Shown: in pieces, positions 28,944 through 38,877 of the stretch
Numbering within the stretch: position 1 is the stretch's first letter
How the letters are laid out: each line of letters begins with the position of its first letter
NCBI GenBank assembly: GCA_046483495.1
Contig: JAWODC010000040.1
Coordinates: forward strand, 56,510 to 120,509
Length of the DNA stretch: 64,000 nt
Source of the DNA: Desulfobacterales bacterium
GTDB lineage: Bacteria > Desulfobacterota > Desulfobacteria > Desulfobacterales > UBA5616
Direction of reading: 5' to 3'
Translations under genes and position numbers: made by a program
Notes under the pieces: model-generated
What the model was told of the DNA's origin: nothing
Seen by the model: the letters and a program-made list of their open reading frames with translations, nothing else
Databases searched by the model: none

Positions 28944-31052
28944 ATGATTATCCGCGAGGGGAAAAACTGCTGGTGCTGTCCGGAAGCTGATCGTGTATCC
29001 TTCATTATCGACGGCGCCGATTTTTTTGAAACGTTTGTAACGGCGGTTCAGCAGGCGCGTCAAACCGTCTATATCGCCGGTTGGGACATCGACAGCAGAC
29101 TGGTGCTCGACCGGCGCAGAAGGTTTCCGGAAACGATACCGCCGCTTGGAGACTTTCTGAACCAAACGGCAAAAGCGAATAAATATTTAAACATATACAT
29201 CCTGGCCTGGGACTTCCCCATGATGTACTTGCGGGAGCGCCAATGGTGGCCCATTTTCAACCTGGGATGGAAAACCCATCGGCGTGTTCATTTTTATCTG
29301 GACAGCGAACATCCGGTGGGGGGTTCCCAACACGAGAAAATCGTTGTCATTGACGACGCCGTCGCTTTTTGCGGCGGGTTGGATCTGACCCAGAATCGAT
29401 GGGATACGAGTGAACACCGGCTGGAGGATCCCCGTAGAAAGAATACCGACGGAAAGGCGTTTGCCCCCTTTCATGATGTTCAGATGGGGGTGGTCGGCGA
29501 GGCCGCTGCGGTTTTGGGGAAGCGGTTTCGCGAACGTTGGCGTATCGCCACCGGGAATGTTTTGCCGGTGCCGGAAAAGGTGTCCGTTCCCAATCCGCCT
29601 TTTAAAGCGGATATCGCATCCGGCTGCCGGGCGGCGATTTCCCGTACATTGCCGGCCTATAAGAATCAGGAAGGTGTGCGGGAAATAGAACAGCTGTATC
29701 TGGATGCCATAAGGTCTGCAAACGATTTCATATATATCGAAAACCAGTATCTTACGGTGAATGCCGTATGCAATGAACTCAAAAAGCGGCTGTCCCGGGA
29801 TGATGCACCCGAAATAATATTGGTCATGCCGCAAAAGGCCAGCGGTTGGCTGGAACAGAGCACCATGGATGCCATTCGCCGGCACAGGCTTCAGGAAATA
29901 GCGAAACAGGACCGCAAAAAGCGGCTCGGCATATACTACCCGGTAATCGGAAACGGGCGGTCCTCGGTGTATATTCATTCAAAGGTGATGGTTGTCGATG
30001 ATCGCATGGCCGTAGTCGGATCCGCCAATTTGAGCAGTCGTTCCATGGGATTGGATTCGGAATGTTGCCTGTCGGTGGAAGGTGAACCCGGAAGTGACAT
30101 CGAGGCGTCTATTGCAGGTTTCCGCCGGCGCCTGATGGCGGAGCATATGGGGGTGGCGCCCGGGGAGATTGCCGCTGCCGAGCAGCGGTACAACGCTTTA
30201 AGAGACGTCATTTATGAGCTGAAGCAAGAAGAGCGCCGGCTGCATCCGCTCGATGGAGATGCCGCTCCCATATTCGACGGCACGGAGATCGTATCGGACG
30301 AAACGTATTTGGATCCGGAAGAGCCTTTTATGCTGGACCGAATGATGGATATTTTTGCGCGGGAACCCGATTCGGGACAAGCCGGAATGGTACAGTTAAA
30401 AAGGGTGGCGGTCATTCTGCTGGTGCTTGCCGGCTTTGCCGCTGCGTGGCGCTGGACCTCCTTGGACGAATGGCTGATGCGGGGTTCAGCACCATGGGGC
30501 GGTTTCCCGAATGATTTTTTGCCGGTGTATTTAGGTGTCGTCGGGGGATACATCGCAGGCGGTCTCATTTTCATTCCGATAACCCTGATGATCGGCGCAA
30601 CGGCACTGGTGCTCCCCCCCTGGCAAACGATGATATGCGCGTTATCGGGTGCTGTATTCAATGCAGGTGCCGGATTTCTGGTCGGCCGGCGGTTGGGAAG
30701 GCGTACGATTCGGAAAATGACCGGTGACCGGATAGACGTCCTTTACCGTTTTTTCAGGCGCAGGGGAATACAGCCGGTCATCGTGTTGCGGAATTTGCCG
30801 TTGGCTCCGTTCACGGTCATCAATATGGTCGCAGGTACGACCGGTACCCGGCTTTCGGATTTTTTAATCGGAACCGCCCTTGGTATGCTGCCGGGCATTA
30901 TCCTTATCACGGCATTTACAAATGCCGCTTCGGCGGCCGTAAGACAACCGAATCCGGTCAACTTCGCAGCCGTCGCCGCCGTATCGGGGGTTATGGGACT
31001 GGTGTACTGGTGGCTGAGAAAGCGGTTTGTCGTGCGAAAAGCTTCGGTGTAG
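28944..31052 (+). CDS. Phospholipase D (two HKD motifs) fused to a VTT/DedA membrane domain
   Basis: HEKIVVIDD, HSKVMVVDD..GSANL; C-terminal LRNLPLAPFTVINMVAG...GTALGMLPG. Confidence 0.9.
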   Translation: MIIREGKNCWCCPEADRVSFIIDGADFFETFVTAVQQARQTVYIAGWDIDSRLVLDRRRRFPETIPPLGDFLNQTAKANKYLNIYILAWDFPMMYLRERQWWPIFNLGWKTHRRVHFYLDSEHPVGGSQHEKIVVIDDAVAFCGGLDLTQNRWDTSEHRLEDPRRKNTDGKAFAPFHDVQMGVVGEAAAVLGKRFRERWRIATGNVLPVPEKVSVPNPPFKADIASGCRAAISRTLPAYKNQEGVREIEQLYLDAIRSANDFIYIENQYLTVNAVCNELKKRLSRDDAPEIILVMPQKASGWLEQSTMDAIRRHRLQEIAKQDRKKRLGIYYPVIGNGRSSVYIHSKVMVVDDRMAVVGSANLSSRSMGLDSECCLSVEGEPGSDIEASIAGFRRRLMAEHMGVAPGEIAAAEQRYNALRDVIYELKQEERRLHPLDGDAAPIFDGTEIVSDETYLDPEEPFMLDRMMDIFAREPDSGQAGMVQLKRVAVILLVLAGFAAAWRWTSLDEWLMRGSAPWGGFPNDFLPVYLGVVGGYIAGGLIFIPITLMIGATALVLPPWQTMICALSGAVFNAGAGFLVGRRLGRRTIRKMTGDRIDVLYRFFRRRGIQPVIVLRNLPLAPFTVINMVAGTTGTRLSDFLIGTALGMLPGIILITAFTNAASAAVRQPNPVNFAAVAAVSGVMGLVYWWLRKRFVVRKASV

Positions 31053-31057
31053 AAGAG

Positions 31058-31870
31058 TCATTTGCCTTTGAGTGCCGCTGAAATCCGTTCGGCCGTTTCC
31101 CGGTTTTCGGCAACGATCGTGAAAGCGGCATCGGCCGGCAGGGTCAACGGGTCTTCACCTTTCCACCAGCGTTCTCCGATGCGGACGACTCCCCCGGCTT
31201 CTGCTGTAATCAGAAATCCGACGGCCCGCCGGCGCTCCGGTCTTCCCAACGAAACGGCGGCCGCTGCATCCTCCGAGACCGGCGCCGTTGCATCCACCGC
31301 CGAACATCTTGAAACGACAATTTCGAACCCGATATCCTGAAGAATCCGGCGACAGGTGCCGGGCACACGCGGTGTCACTCGAACCCGTTTGGGAACCGGG
31401 CCGATGCTGACGGGACCGTCGGTATCTCCGGTTCGTTGCCGTGCGCCGCCTTCCCGTATGGCCCAGTAGGTGGCTGCCATAGCCGGAAAATGCACCAGAA
31501 CCGCCCGGTACACCTCATGTTCGAGCCAGCCGGCCATAACGGCGTATTCGGATGAACCACGGCTGTAATTGAGCGTCCCGTCGATCGGATCCACCACGAT
31601 CAGGGGTTTGCCCGGACCGCGGGTATTGAACAGGCCTACGGTATCTGTTTCTTCTTCCGCGTCAACGGCGGCATCGGGAAATGCGTGGTGCAAAAGGGTT
31701 AAAATGACATCCTGAGCGGCCAGATCAACCGCTGTCAGGGCTTCCGCCTCCGGGGATTTCTGGTTCTTTTTGGATCCCAGAGAGATGCCGTTTTGAAGAT
31801 GTCGTGCCACAAATCCCGCTTGACGGGCGGCAAGGCCGAAAATCTCGATGAAATGATCCGGATTGGACAT
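31058..31870 (-). CDS. Inositol monophosphatase/FBPase-superfamily protein, atypical C-terminal motif
   Basis: T.VD..AQ, AEEE, VDPIDGTLNY, EAGG. Confidence 0.8.
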   Translation of the reverse strand: MSNPDHFIEIFGLAARQAGFVARHLQNGISLGSKKNQKSPEAEALTAVDLAAQDVILTLLHHAFPDAAVDAEEETDTVGLFNTRGPGKPLIVVDPIDGTLNYSRGSSEYAVMAGWLEHEVYRAVLVHFPAMAATYWAIREGGARQRTGDTDGPVSIGPVPKRVRVTPRVPGTCRRILQDIGFEIVVSRCSAVDATAPVSEDAAAAVSLGRPERRRAVGFLITAEAGGVVRIGERWWKGEDPLTLPADAAFTIVAENRETAERISAALKGK

Positions 31871-31922
31871 CGTGTAATTTCCTCCTTGAGAAAACGAAAT
31901 CCGGCGTCCGGTGTTTGCCGAA

Positions 31923-33344
31923 TCAAGTCAGTTCGATAGCCTTTAACAGGTTCGTCGTGCCGGTTACACCGATGGGGAGGCCTGCTGTCAGGATAATTCG
32001 GTCTCCCCGATGGGCCATTTCGTTTTCAATGGCCCAGGATTTTGCCTTTTCTATCATTTCGTCGATATTCGTAAAGGTTACTTCTACCGAGGACACCCCC
32101 CACGATAAGGAAAGCTGGCGCTGTGTGGCCGGTTTGTCGGTAAATGCGATGACCGGTTGAGGAGGGCGGAACCGGGAAACGGTACGCGCCGTGCTGCCGG
32201 AAGCGGTGAATGCGATGATCGCATCCGCATTCAGATCATGGGCCAGCCATGCCGCGGAACGGCTGATCGCTGTTTGCAGGGGGGGAAGAAGATCCGAAAT
32301 GGGATCTTTCAGAAACCGTTCCACCTCCAGGTACGGTTCCGTTTCATGACAGATCCGGTCCAGGACGCGAACCGCTTCTAATGGGAAACGGCCGGTGGCG
32401 GTCTCTTCGGACAGCATGACGGCGTCGGTGCCGTCCAATACGGCGTTTGCCACATCCGTTGCCTCCGCCCGGGTCGGCCGTGGACTGTCAACCATGGAAC
32501 GGAGCATTTGGGTGGCGGTAATTACGGGTTTTCCCATGTTTCGTGCGGCACGGATCAGCCGTTTTTGGATCATCGGAACTTTGGCAAGAGGCATCTCCAC
32601 CCCCAAATCCCCGCGAGCCACCATAATCCCACCCACGCGGTTCATAATGGCGTCAAACCGGTCAAGCGCCTGGGGCCTTTCGATTTTGGCGATCAGCATG
32701 GGTCCCTGCTCCTGCCGGTTCAGAATTTCAAGGACGGGCTCGACATCATGCTCGTGACTGATAAATGAAAGTGCGACAAAATCGACGTTTTTTTTCAGCC
32801 CGAATTCAAGATCGTTACGGTCCTTTTCGGTGAACACCGAAACCTTCAGGGTGCTCGAGGGAAGGTTCACCCCCTTGCTTGAATGGACTTCTCCGCCGAC
32901 CAGGACGCTGCAGACGAGACTGGATTGCCGGATTTCGCTGACTTGCAGCTCGACCGATCCATCGGCCAACAGAATGCGGTCGCCCGGTTTGACATCATCG
33001 AGAAGGTGGGCATAGCCAATCGGCAAGGTGCCCGGGTCGGACGTTTCACCGGGTACAAGGTGAATGGTCTGATCCGTTGACAGTGTTATACCGGTTTCGG
33101 GGAGCCGGCCCACCCGGATTTTAGGTCCCTGCAAGTCCTGTAGGATGCCGATTTCCTTTCCCGCATCTTCGGATGCACGCCGAAGGGCGCCTATCAGCCG
33201 GCTGTGCGATTCGTGGTTTCCATGTGAAAAATTAAGCCGAGCCACATCCATTCCCGCTTCGATCATGTTCCGCAGCATTGCAGGCGAGCCGGTGGCGGGG
33301 CCGATGGTGCAGACGATTTTCGTTTTTCGCTTTTCGCTGCGCAT
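31923..33344 (-). CDS. pyk: Pyruvate kinase
   Basis: KTKIVCTIGPA, RLNFSHG, DLQGPKIR, MVARGDLGVE, ATQMLRSM, DAVMLSEETA. Confidence 0.97.
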   Translation of the reverse strand: MRSEKRKTKIVCTIGPATGSPAMLRNMIEAGMDVARLNFSHGNHESHSRLIGALRRASEDAGKEIGILQDLQGPKIRVGRLPETGITLSTDQTIHLVPGETSDPGTLPIGYAHLLDDVKPGDRILLADGSVELQVSEIRQSSLVCSVLVGGEVHSSKGVNLPSSTLKVSVFTEKDRNDLEFGLKKNVDFVALSFISHEHDVEPVLEILNRQEQGPMLIAKIERPQALDRFDAIMNRVGGIMVARGDLGVEMPLAKVPMIQKRLIRAARNMGKPVITATQMLRSMVDSPRPTRAEATDVANAVLDGTDAVMLSEETATGRFPLEAVRVLDRICHETEPYLEVERFLKDPISDLLPPLQTAISRSAAWLAHDLNADAIIAFTASGSTARTVSRFRPPQPVIAFTDKPATQRQLSLSWGVSSVEVTFTNIDEMIEKAKSWAIENEMAHRGDRIILTAGLPIGVTGTTNLLKAIELT

Positions 33345-33431
33345 AAAAAATCTTTATCTTATGCCTTAAACCGGACGTTTTGTCCCATTTATAAAAGTCG
33401 AATAAATCGACGGATGACATGCTGCATTTTT

Positions 33432-34397
33432 TTACTGCAGTTTTTCCCGGGCAAATGCCGCTGCGCCGAGAACCCCCGAATTTTTGCCGAGTTTGGCCGG
33501 TGCAAACCGGACCGAGGCAAATGCAACGGCATAGGATCTCGCCTTCGCGGTTTTGATAGCGGGATCGAGAAGCATATCGCCCATATTGGACAACCCCCCG
33601 CCGATCACGATCATCTCCGGATTGAACATATTCAGCAGATTGGCCAATCCCACGCCGAAGTAATAGCCGGTCGTCTCGATCAGCTCCATGGCAAGACCGT
33701 CGCCTTCGAGCGCCGCCTGGTAAATGCTTTTGGCGTCGATTTCATCGTGATTTACGACATATCGGGGAATGGTTGTCCGGGTGCCTTCCCGGATTCTGCG
33801 CCGTGCTTCCCTTTCCAGGGCGGTACCCGAGGCCAGTGCCTCCCAACACCCGAAATTCCCGCAGTTGCACAGTGGCCCTTCATCATTGATTGTCATATGG
33901 CCCAGTTCCGCGGCCGTGCCGATAGCGCCGGTGTAAAGATTTCCGTCGATAATGATGCCTCCGCCGATTCCGGTGCTGATGGTTATGTAAATGACGTGGC
34001 GCAATCCCGTTGCAGCGCCGTAGCGGTGCTCGGCCAGAGCGGCGGCATTGGCGTCATTGATTAAAAAAACCCGTTTGTTGAATTTGTTTTCAAAGGTTTC
34101 TGTTACAGCGATATTTTGCCAGCCGGGCAAATTGGGGGAGGTGAACAGGATGCCTTTCTCCGGGTTTGACGGTCCGGGAGCGCCTATCCCGACAGCGTCA
34201 ATGTCTTCAAGCCCGACACGCGCCCCATCCATGGCCCGCCCGGCGGAGGCCGTCATCGCCGAAATAACGGCCTCGGGGCCTTTTTCAGCCGGTGTTTCGC
34301 TGTTGTCCCAGGCAAGAATTTTTCCTTGTGCGTCGACCACGGCTGTCAGAATTTTGGTGCCGCCGAGGTCGATCCCGAGCGTCAAGGAATTCGACAT
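33432..34397 (-). CDS. glk: ROK-family sugar kinase (glucokinase)
   Basis: GIDLGGTKI, NDANAAALAE, STGIGGG, ELGHM, CNCGNFGCWE. Confidence 0.85.
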   Translation of the reverse strand: MSNSLTLGIDLGGTKILTAVVDAQGKILAWDNSETPAEKGPEAVISAMTASAGRAMDGARVGLEDIDAVGIGAPGPSNPEKGILFTSPNLPGWQNIAVTETFENKFNKRVFLINDANAAALAEHRYGAATGLRHVIYITISTGIGGGIIIDGNLYTGAIGTAAELGHMTINDEGPLCNCGNFGCWEALASGTALEREARRRIREGTRTTIPRYVVNHDEIDAKSIYQAALEGDGLAMELIETTGYYFGVGLANLLNMFNPEMIVIGGGLSNMGDMLLDPAIKTAKARSYAVAFASVRFAPAKLGKNSGVLGAAAFAREKLQ

Positions 34398-34697
34398 ATG
34401 CTTTCCTTTTTTTGAAAAGGTTCATATCGTTTTCCGCCGCAGAAGCAGTGGCGGCGCAGCTCTTTTCGAAAATTCCGCCGGTTGCCGTTTCACCTGCGAT
34501 TACAGCGTCGTAACGATTATCAGTATGAAATGTTATGCACCATTCACCTATAGGGGATTGTATTTATTCCGGGAGGATGCCGGCGGTAATTACGGAAGGA
34601 AAAATACCGGCAGCCGAAAAGAGCGGTTGCGTTTCGGTTGCCGGATAGGCGCCGAGTATCTGAAAAAGGCGGTTTGTCTGCACACATTGTGCCCGTA

Positions 34698-35198
34698 TTA
34701 ATGGACGATTCGGGTGGTTCCGTAATCACTTTTTAAAACGGTGACCCTGTCGCCGACATTGAAGGTTTCATCGGCTTCCTGAACAACCGCTATGGTTTGG
34801 CCGCTGTCGAGATTGACGGTGATTTCCAGTCCGGATTTTCGTGTCACCCCTTCTTCAACCGCGGAACCGGCTATGCCGCCTGCAATGGCGCCGAGAACCG
34901 TCATCAGGTCTCTTCCTTTGCCGCTGCCGATGGCGCTGCCTGCAACGCCGCCTAAAGCGCCTCCGGCGATAGTGCCTGCCGGTGTTTTGGTGCCTTCGAT
35001 CAGGACGGGGCGGACCTGGGTCACGACACCCTGGGAAACCGTCTGCGTTCGTCGGGCCTCGTCCCGGGAATAGATATGGGCGGAACGGCTCGATGCACAC
35101 GATGCTGCAAAGGCGGCAAGCGCCAGCATGGCGATGATAAACATGCAGGTCCGGCCATGCCCTCGGTTGGTGCGATGAATATCATACATCATAATCAT
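34698..35198 (-). CDS. Glycine-zipper 2TM outer-membrane lipoprotein (SlyB/Pcp-like)
   Basis: Lipobox AASC; GTIAGGALGGVAGSAIGSG; GLEITVNLDSG..VVQ...F.VGDRV; start uncertain. Confidence 0.85.
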   Translation of the reverse strand: MIMMYDIHRTNRGHGRTCMFIIAMLALAAFAASCASSRSAHIYSRDEARRTQTVSQGVVTQVRPVLIEGTKTPAGTIAGGALGGVAGSAIGSGKGRDLMTVLGAIAGGIAGSAVEEGVTRKSGLEITVNLDSGQTIAVVQEADETFNVGDRVTVLKSDYGTTRIVH

Positions 35199-35340
35199 AT
35201 CTCCACGTGGTGAGGGTTATGATTTATCAGTACCCATCCAGAAACAGCTGATTCATTCCATTGAAAGTTGACTTGAAAAATATCAGACTTATTCGTCGAC
35301 GTCAAAATGTATCGATCAGGGTGAAGCGGCCCTGCATCGA

Positions 35341-36489
35341 TCAGGGTGAAAGAACAGCGGCGGGTGCGGGCGGCTCCGTTTGGGGTCCTTGAACGGCCGG
35401 CGGGTTCAAGCTCGCTTCTATCGTTTGCATTTTTTTCTGAACCCATTCCCGTTGAAGGAGATCGAGAGGCAGGCGTTTTGCCGATTCCAGATAATCCAGA
35501 GCTTTTTCATACCCTTCGACCGTTTCCGATCCGGCTGCCACCTCCGATTTATACAGCAAAGCCATCAGATTAATGGTTGTCGAACGGGTGGATATCCGGT
35601 TCTGCAAGCCGGCGGTAACCGCGTAAGGCGCTGCTTGTTCCAGGTAATTTGAAATGGCCTTGAAATCGGGGATATCCTGTGTTTCGATCATGTTATCGGC
35701 CTGCTCCAGGTAATGCTCGGCCACAAACGGAAAGATCGTGTTTTTGCTTCCCTGCGTTTTCATGTTCTCGGGAATTTCGGCGCCTGGAAGTGAAATCAAA
35801 AAGGTTTTTCCCATTGGCGCGAATTTACCCTTCCAAATCGTAACCGCACCGTTTTCATGCTGGAGGTAATAGGTTCTGTAATGGGAAAAACTCGCCCCGA
35901 TCAGGGCAAATACCAGAAACGCAAAGACAACAGCTGCAATTTTCATCATCCGGTCCTGAATGTCCGGCGGCTTCACGTCTTTATTGCCGCTGTACGATAT
36001 TGAAATGTTCTGATCCGGTGGAGTGCTTTTAAAGGGGGGCGTTGTAAACTGCTGTGAAGCGGCTTTTTCGGCAGCGGCTTTTTCGGCAGCAGCCTTTTCA
36101 GCGGCGGCTTTTTCAGCGGCCGCCTCCAGGGAGGCCATATCGAATTTTTTCAGCAGCAGTTTTCCAACCCGTTCGGAGGCCTTTGTATCGCCGGTGACAA
36201 ACGGTGGTGATGCATACCGTTTTTCCTCTGTTCGCCGAGCAGGCGGAGTATAAACCTCAACAGGCTGAAACCCGTCGAATTTTCTGAAAAGGATGTTTTC
36301 CGATTGCTTTGCCGTTCGGGAATTTTTACCTTTTTTTGCGCTTTTTGTCGGCGCCTTGGCAGCTGTTTTTACGGATTTTTTCTTTGCCGGAGATACCGGG
36401 GTTTTGGACGACTTTCCGGCGGGACCGGCATTTTTCTTCGATGTTTTTTTCTTTTTCGCCGTGGGTTTGAGCAAACTGTTTTTCCCCAT
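35341..36489 (-). CDS. Hypothetical bitopic membrane protein with Lys-rich N-terminus and (AAAEK)4 repeat
   Basis: Histone-like basic N-terminus, helical repeat, one TM, IWKGKFAPMG periplasmic domain. Confidence 0.75.
   Translation of the reverse strand: MGKNSLLKPTAKKKKTSKKNAGPAGKSSKTPVSPAKKKSVKTAAKAPTKSAKKGKNSRTAKQSENILFRKFDGFQPVEVYTPPARRTEEKRYASPPFVTGDTKASERVGKLLLKKFDMASLEAAAEKAAAEKAAAEKAAAEKAASQQFTTPPFKSTPPDQNISISYSGNKDVKPPDIQDRMMKIAAVVFAFLVFALIGASFSHYRTYYLQHENGAVTIWKGKFAPMGKTFLISLPGAEIPENMKTQGSKNTIFPFVAEHYLEQADNMIETQDIPDFKAISNYLEQAAPYAVTAGLQNRISTRSTTINLMALLYKSEVAAGSETVEGYEKALDYLESAKRLPLDLLQREWVQKKMQTIEASLNPPAVQGPQTEPPAPAAVLSP
36058..36127 (-). repeat. 15-bp coding tandem repeat encoding (AAAEK)4
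   Basis: GCNGCNGCYTTTTC-type units on the + strand. Confidence 0.8.
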
Positions 36490-36738
36490 ATGAACCTCTT
36501 GTAATTTGTGGTATTACTTTTATATACATCTGTGGGCGGCTGATTCACGCCGTTTCCGGATGGACACTGGTCATCAGCATCTATCCCTGTGTGACAATGA
36601 TGGGGTATAAAATATAGACCTTTATTTGTAAATATTTTTTTCCGGGAAGCTTTGGCCCTGCGATGCGGACATGAACACCTGAGAACGCGGCATGATCCCT
36701 TTCAGGCGATCTCGGAAAAGCGGGCATATGGTGCATGC

Positions 36739-37566
36739 ATGAAGACGGATGAGTCAAAAATGACGAAACTGCGAAGCATATTGAACGAATACGGATCGCT
36801 CTTGGTTGCTTTCAGCGGCGGGGTTGACAGCACGTTCCTCTTGGCGGTGGCCGCTGATGTGCTCAAAGAAAACGTCGTTGCCGTTATCGGCGAATCTCCT
36901 GTTCATCCGGCGTCAGAAACGCAATTCGCCGTATCTATGGCCGAGCGGCTGGGTGTTCGGTACATGAGGTGTCGCACGAGGGAGATGGACCTGGATGAAT
37001 TCAGGTTGAACACCCGGGATCGATGCTATTTCTGCAAAAAGCAAATGTTGACACAACTATTGGAAATCGCCCTGCAAATGAAAATTCCCCATGTGGCGGA
37101 CGGTGCCAATGCAGATGACTTGGATGATTATCGGCCGGGTATTGCTGCAGCCCAAGAATCGGGGGTTCGTTCACCATTGATAGAAGCCGGTTTAACAAAA
37201 TCGGATATTCGCCGATTGTCACGCGAAATGGGTCTTGAAACCTGGGACAAACCGTCATCCCCCTGTCTTGCCACCCGCTTGCCGTATGGGACCGCCATTT
37301 CCGAGGACGCCTTGAAGCAGGTGCATTCGGCGGAAACCATTTTAAAAGCATTCGGATTCGATCACTGCCGAGTGCGATACCACGGCCCCTGTGCGAGAAT
37401 CGAGATCAGCCCGGACGATTTTTACAGGCTCCTGGAAGAAAAAACCCGCCGTGGGGTGGTTTCGCAATTGAACGATATAGGATTCCATTTTGTTGCGCTC
37501 GATTTACACGGTTACCGCCAAGGGAGCATGAATCGAATGATTGACGTGAATTCGGAGGGGACATGA
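36739..37566 (+). CDS. larE: LarE-family ATP-dependent sulfur transferase
   Basis: VAFSGGVDS PP-loop, RCYFCK, DYRPG, WDKPSSPCLATR.PYG, GYRQGSMN. Confidence 0.9.
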   Translation: MKTDESKMTKLRSILNEYGSLLVAFSGGVDSTFLLAVAADVLKENVVAVIGESPVHPASETQFAVSMAERLGVRYMRCRTREMDLDEFRLNTRDRCYFCKKQMLTQLLEIALQMKIPHVADGANADDLDDYRPGIAAAQESGVRSPLIEAGLTKSDIRRLSREMGLETWDKPSSPCLATRLPYGTAISEDALKQVHSAETILKAFGFDHCRVRYHGPCARIEISPDDFYRLLEEKTRRGVVSQLNDIGFHFVALDLHGYRQGSMNRMIDVNSEGT

Positions 37567-38081
37567 ACGGTTTGCCGGAATTGCCATTCCGGTTCTGCCC
37601 GGCATGCGGATCAAGCCGGCTGAATAGGCCTGAATCCAATGCGGTCGGCTGTATGGTCTGCGGATTTATTTTTTTCATCAACATGGCCGCGGCGGTTGCA
37701 GCGGTGATCAGGGACGAAAAGCGGCGGATTCTCCTGACCCGAAGGCTGAAAGATCCGGCAAAAGGGTTATGGGATTTGCCCGGCGGATTTGTCAATCCGG
37801 GTGAATCGGCGGAAAACGCATTGATGCGGGAAATAAAAGAGGAATTGAACCTTGAAATTTCCCGGGCATTCTATATGGGGTCGACTCCGGGGACGTACCG
37901 GTTCGCCGATGTCGATTACCGGGTGCTCAACCTCATTTTTGCATGCACGCCAAAGGATTTGAACGGCATGCGGGTCGGCGATGACGTTGCAGAAATAACA
38001 TTTTTGTCCCCAAGCGAAATCGATTTTGAGCAAATCGGGCTGGCGTCGATAAAGTCCGTTCTGCGTCTTTTGCAGCATTAG
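37563..38081 (+). CDS. NUDIX hydrolase with N-terminal zinc ribbon
   Basis: FCPACG..CMVCG; PGGFVNPGESAENALMREIKEELN. Confidence 0.9.
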   Translation: MNGLPELPFRFCPACGSSRLNRPESNAVGCMVCGFIFFINMAAAVAAVIRDEKRRILLTRRLKDPAKGLWDLPGGFVNPGESAENALMREIKEELNLEISRAFYMGSTPGTYRFADVDYRVLNLIFACTPKDLNGMRVGDDVAEITFLSPSEIDFEQIGLASIKSVLRLLQH

Positions 38082-38197
38082 AATGATCAATCCAGGCGGA
38101 TTGGAATAAAAAAAAGATCGTGTTTTGCCGGGGTATTGCGCCGGATAGCCGGTGATATTAAATTCAGTTTTTTCGAAATCGGTAAGGAGAAACGACA

Positions 38198-38776
38198 ATG
38201 CTAAAATTTTGGGTGAATGCGATAGGCCTCCTGGCGTTGACCGCAGCATCCGGATGTGCGCCTTTATTAGTCGGTGCCGGTGCCGCCGGTGTGTACAAGG
38301 TGGCCCAGGATGAAAGGTCGGTGGGGCGGATTGTAGATGACTCCAATATCAGTGCAACCATTAAACTCGACCTAAGCCGTGATCCGGTGGTAAACGCCCC
38401 GGATATCGATGTCGATGTCATTGACGGGCATGTCATATTATCGGGCATTATGACATCGGAGGAACAAATCGATCGCGCCATGGATATCGCCGGCAGAATA
38501 GAAGGCGTGAAATCCGTCAGAAACAATCTTCGGGTCGGCAGCAGAACGGTCGGAGAATTCGTTGGAGACAAGGTCATCGCAAGCAAAATCAAGACGAAAC
38601 TGATCGGTGAATCGGGCATTCCATCTACGAACATCGACGTCGATGCTCACAAAGGCGTGGTGACGCTGACCGGCATTGTTTCCAATCGCCTTACAAAAGA
38701 AAGGGTTCTCAAGATTGCCAAAGAGACAAAGGGTACGGTGCAGGTAATCGACAATTTGATCGTTGAAAATGAATAA
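38198..38776 (+). CDS. Dual-BON-domain lipoprotein (DolP/OsmY-like)
   Basis: Lipobox ASGC; two BON repeats (D..I...IK..L, VDV..G.V.L.G). Confidence 0.9.
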   Translation: MLKFWVNAIGLLALTAASGCAPLLVGAGAAGVYKVAQDERSVGRIVDDSNISATIKLDLSRDPVVNAPDIDVDVIDGHVILSGIMTSEEQIDRAMDIAGRIEGVKSVRNNLRVGSRTVGEFVGDKVIASKIKTKLIGESGIPSTNIDVDAHKGVVTLTGIVSNRLTKERVLKIAKETKGTVQVIDNLIVENE

Positions 38777-38847
38777 ACTCCAAAGCATGCGACGTCATTT
38801 TTATACAAATTTTCTTGACAATTCGGGGTGAAGCGCTTAAAGATCAG

Positions 38848-38867
38848 TTATGAGCATATGCTCATAA
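38848..38867. promoter_or_regulatory. Perfect 20-bp palindromic operator upstream of the DUF134 gene
   Basis: TTATGAGCATATGCTCATAA, between TTGACA (38815-38820) and the RBS. Confidence 0.7.
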
Positions 38868-38877
38868 TGGAGATTTC

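Noticed and set aside
35311..35350. 15-bp direct repeat ATCGATCAGGGTGAA x2 at a gene end as an att site
   Set aside because: The copies are only 10 bp apart with no integrase or cargo; probably a local duplication
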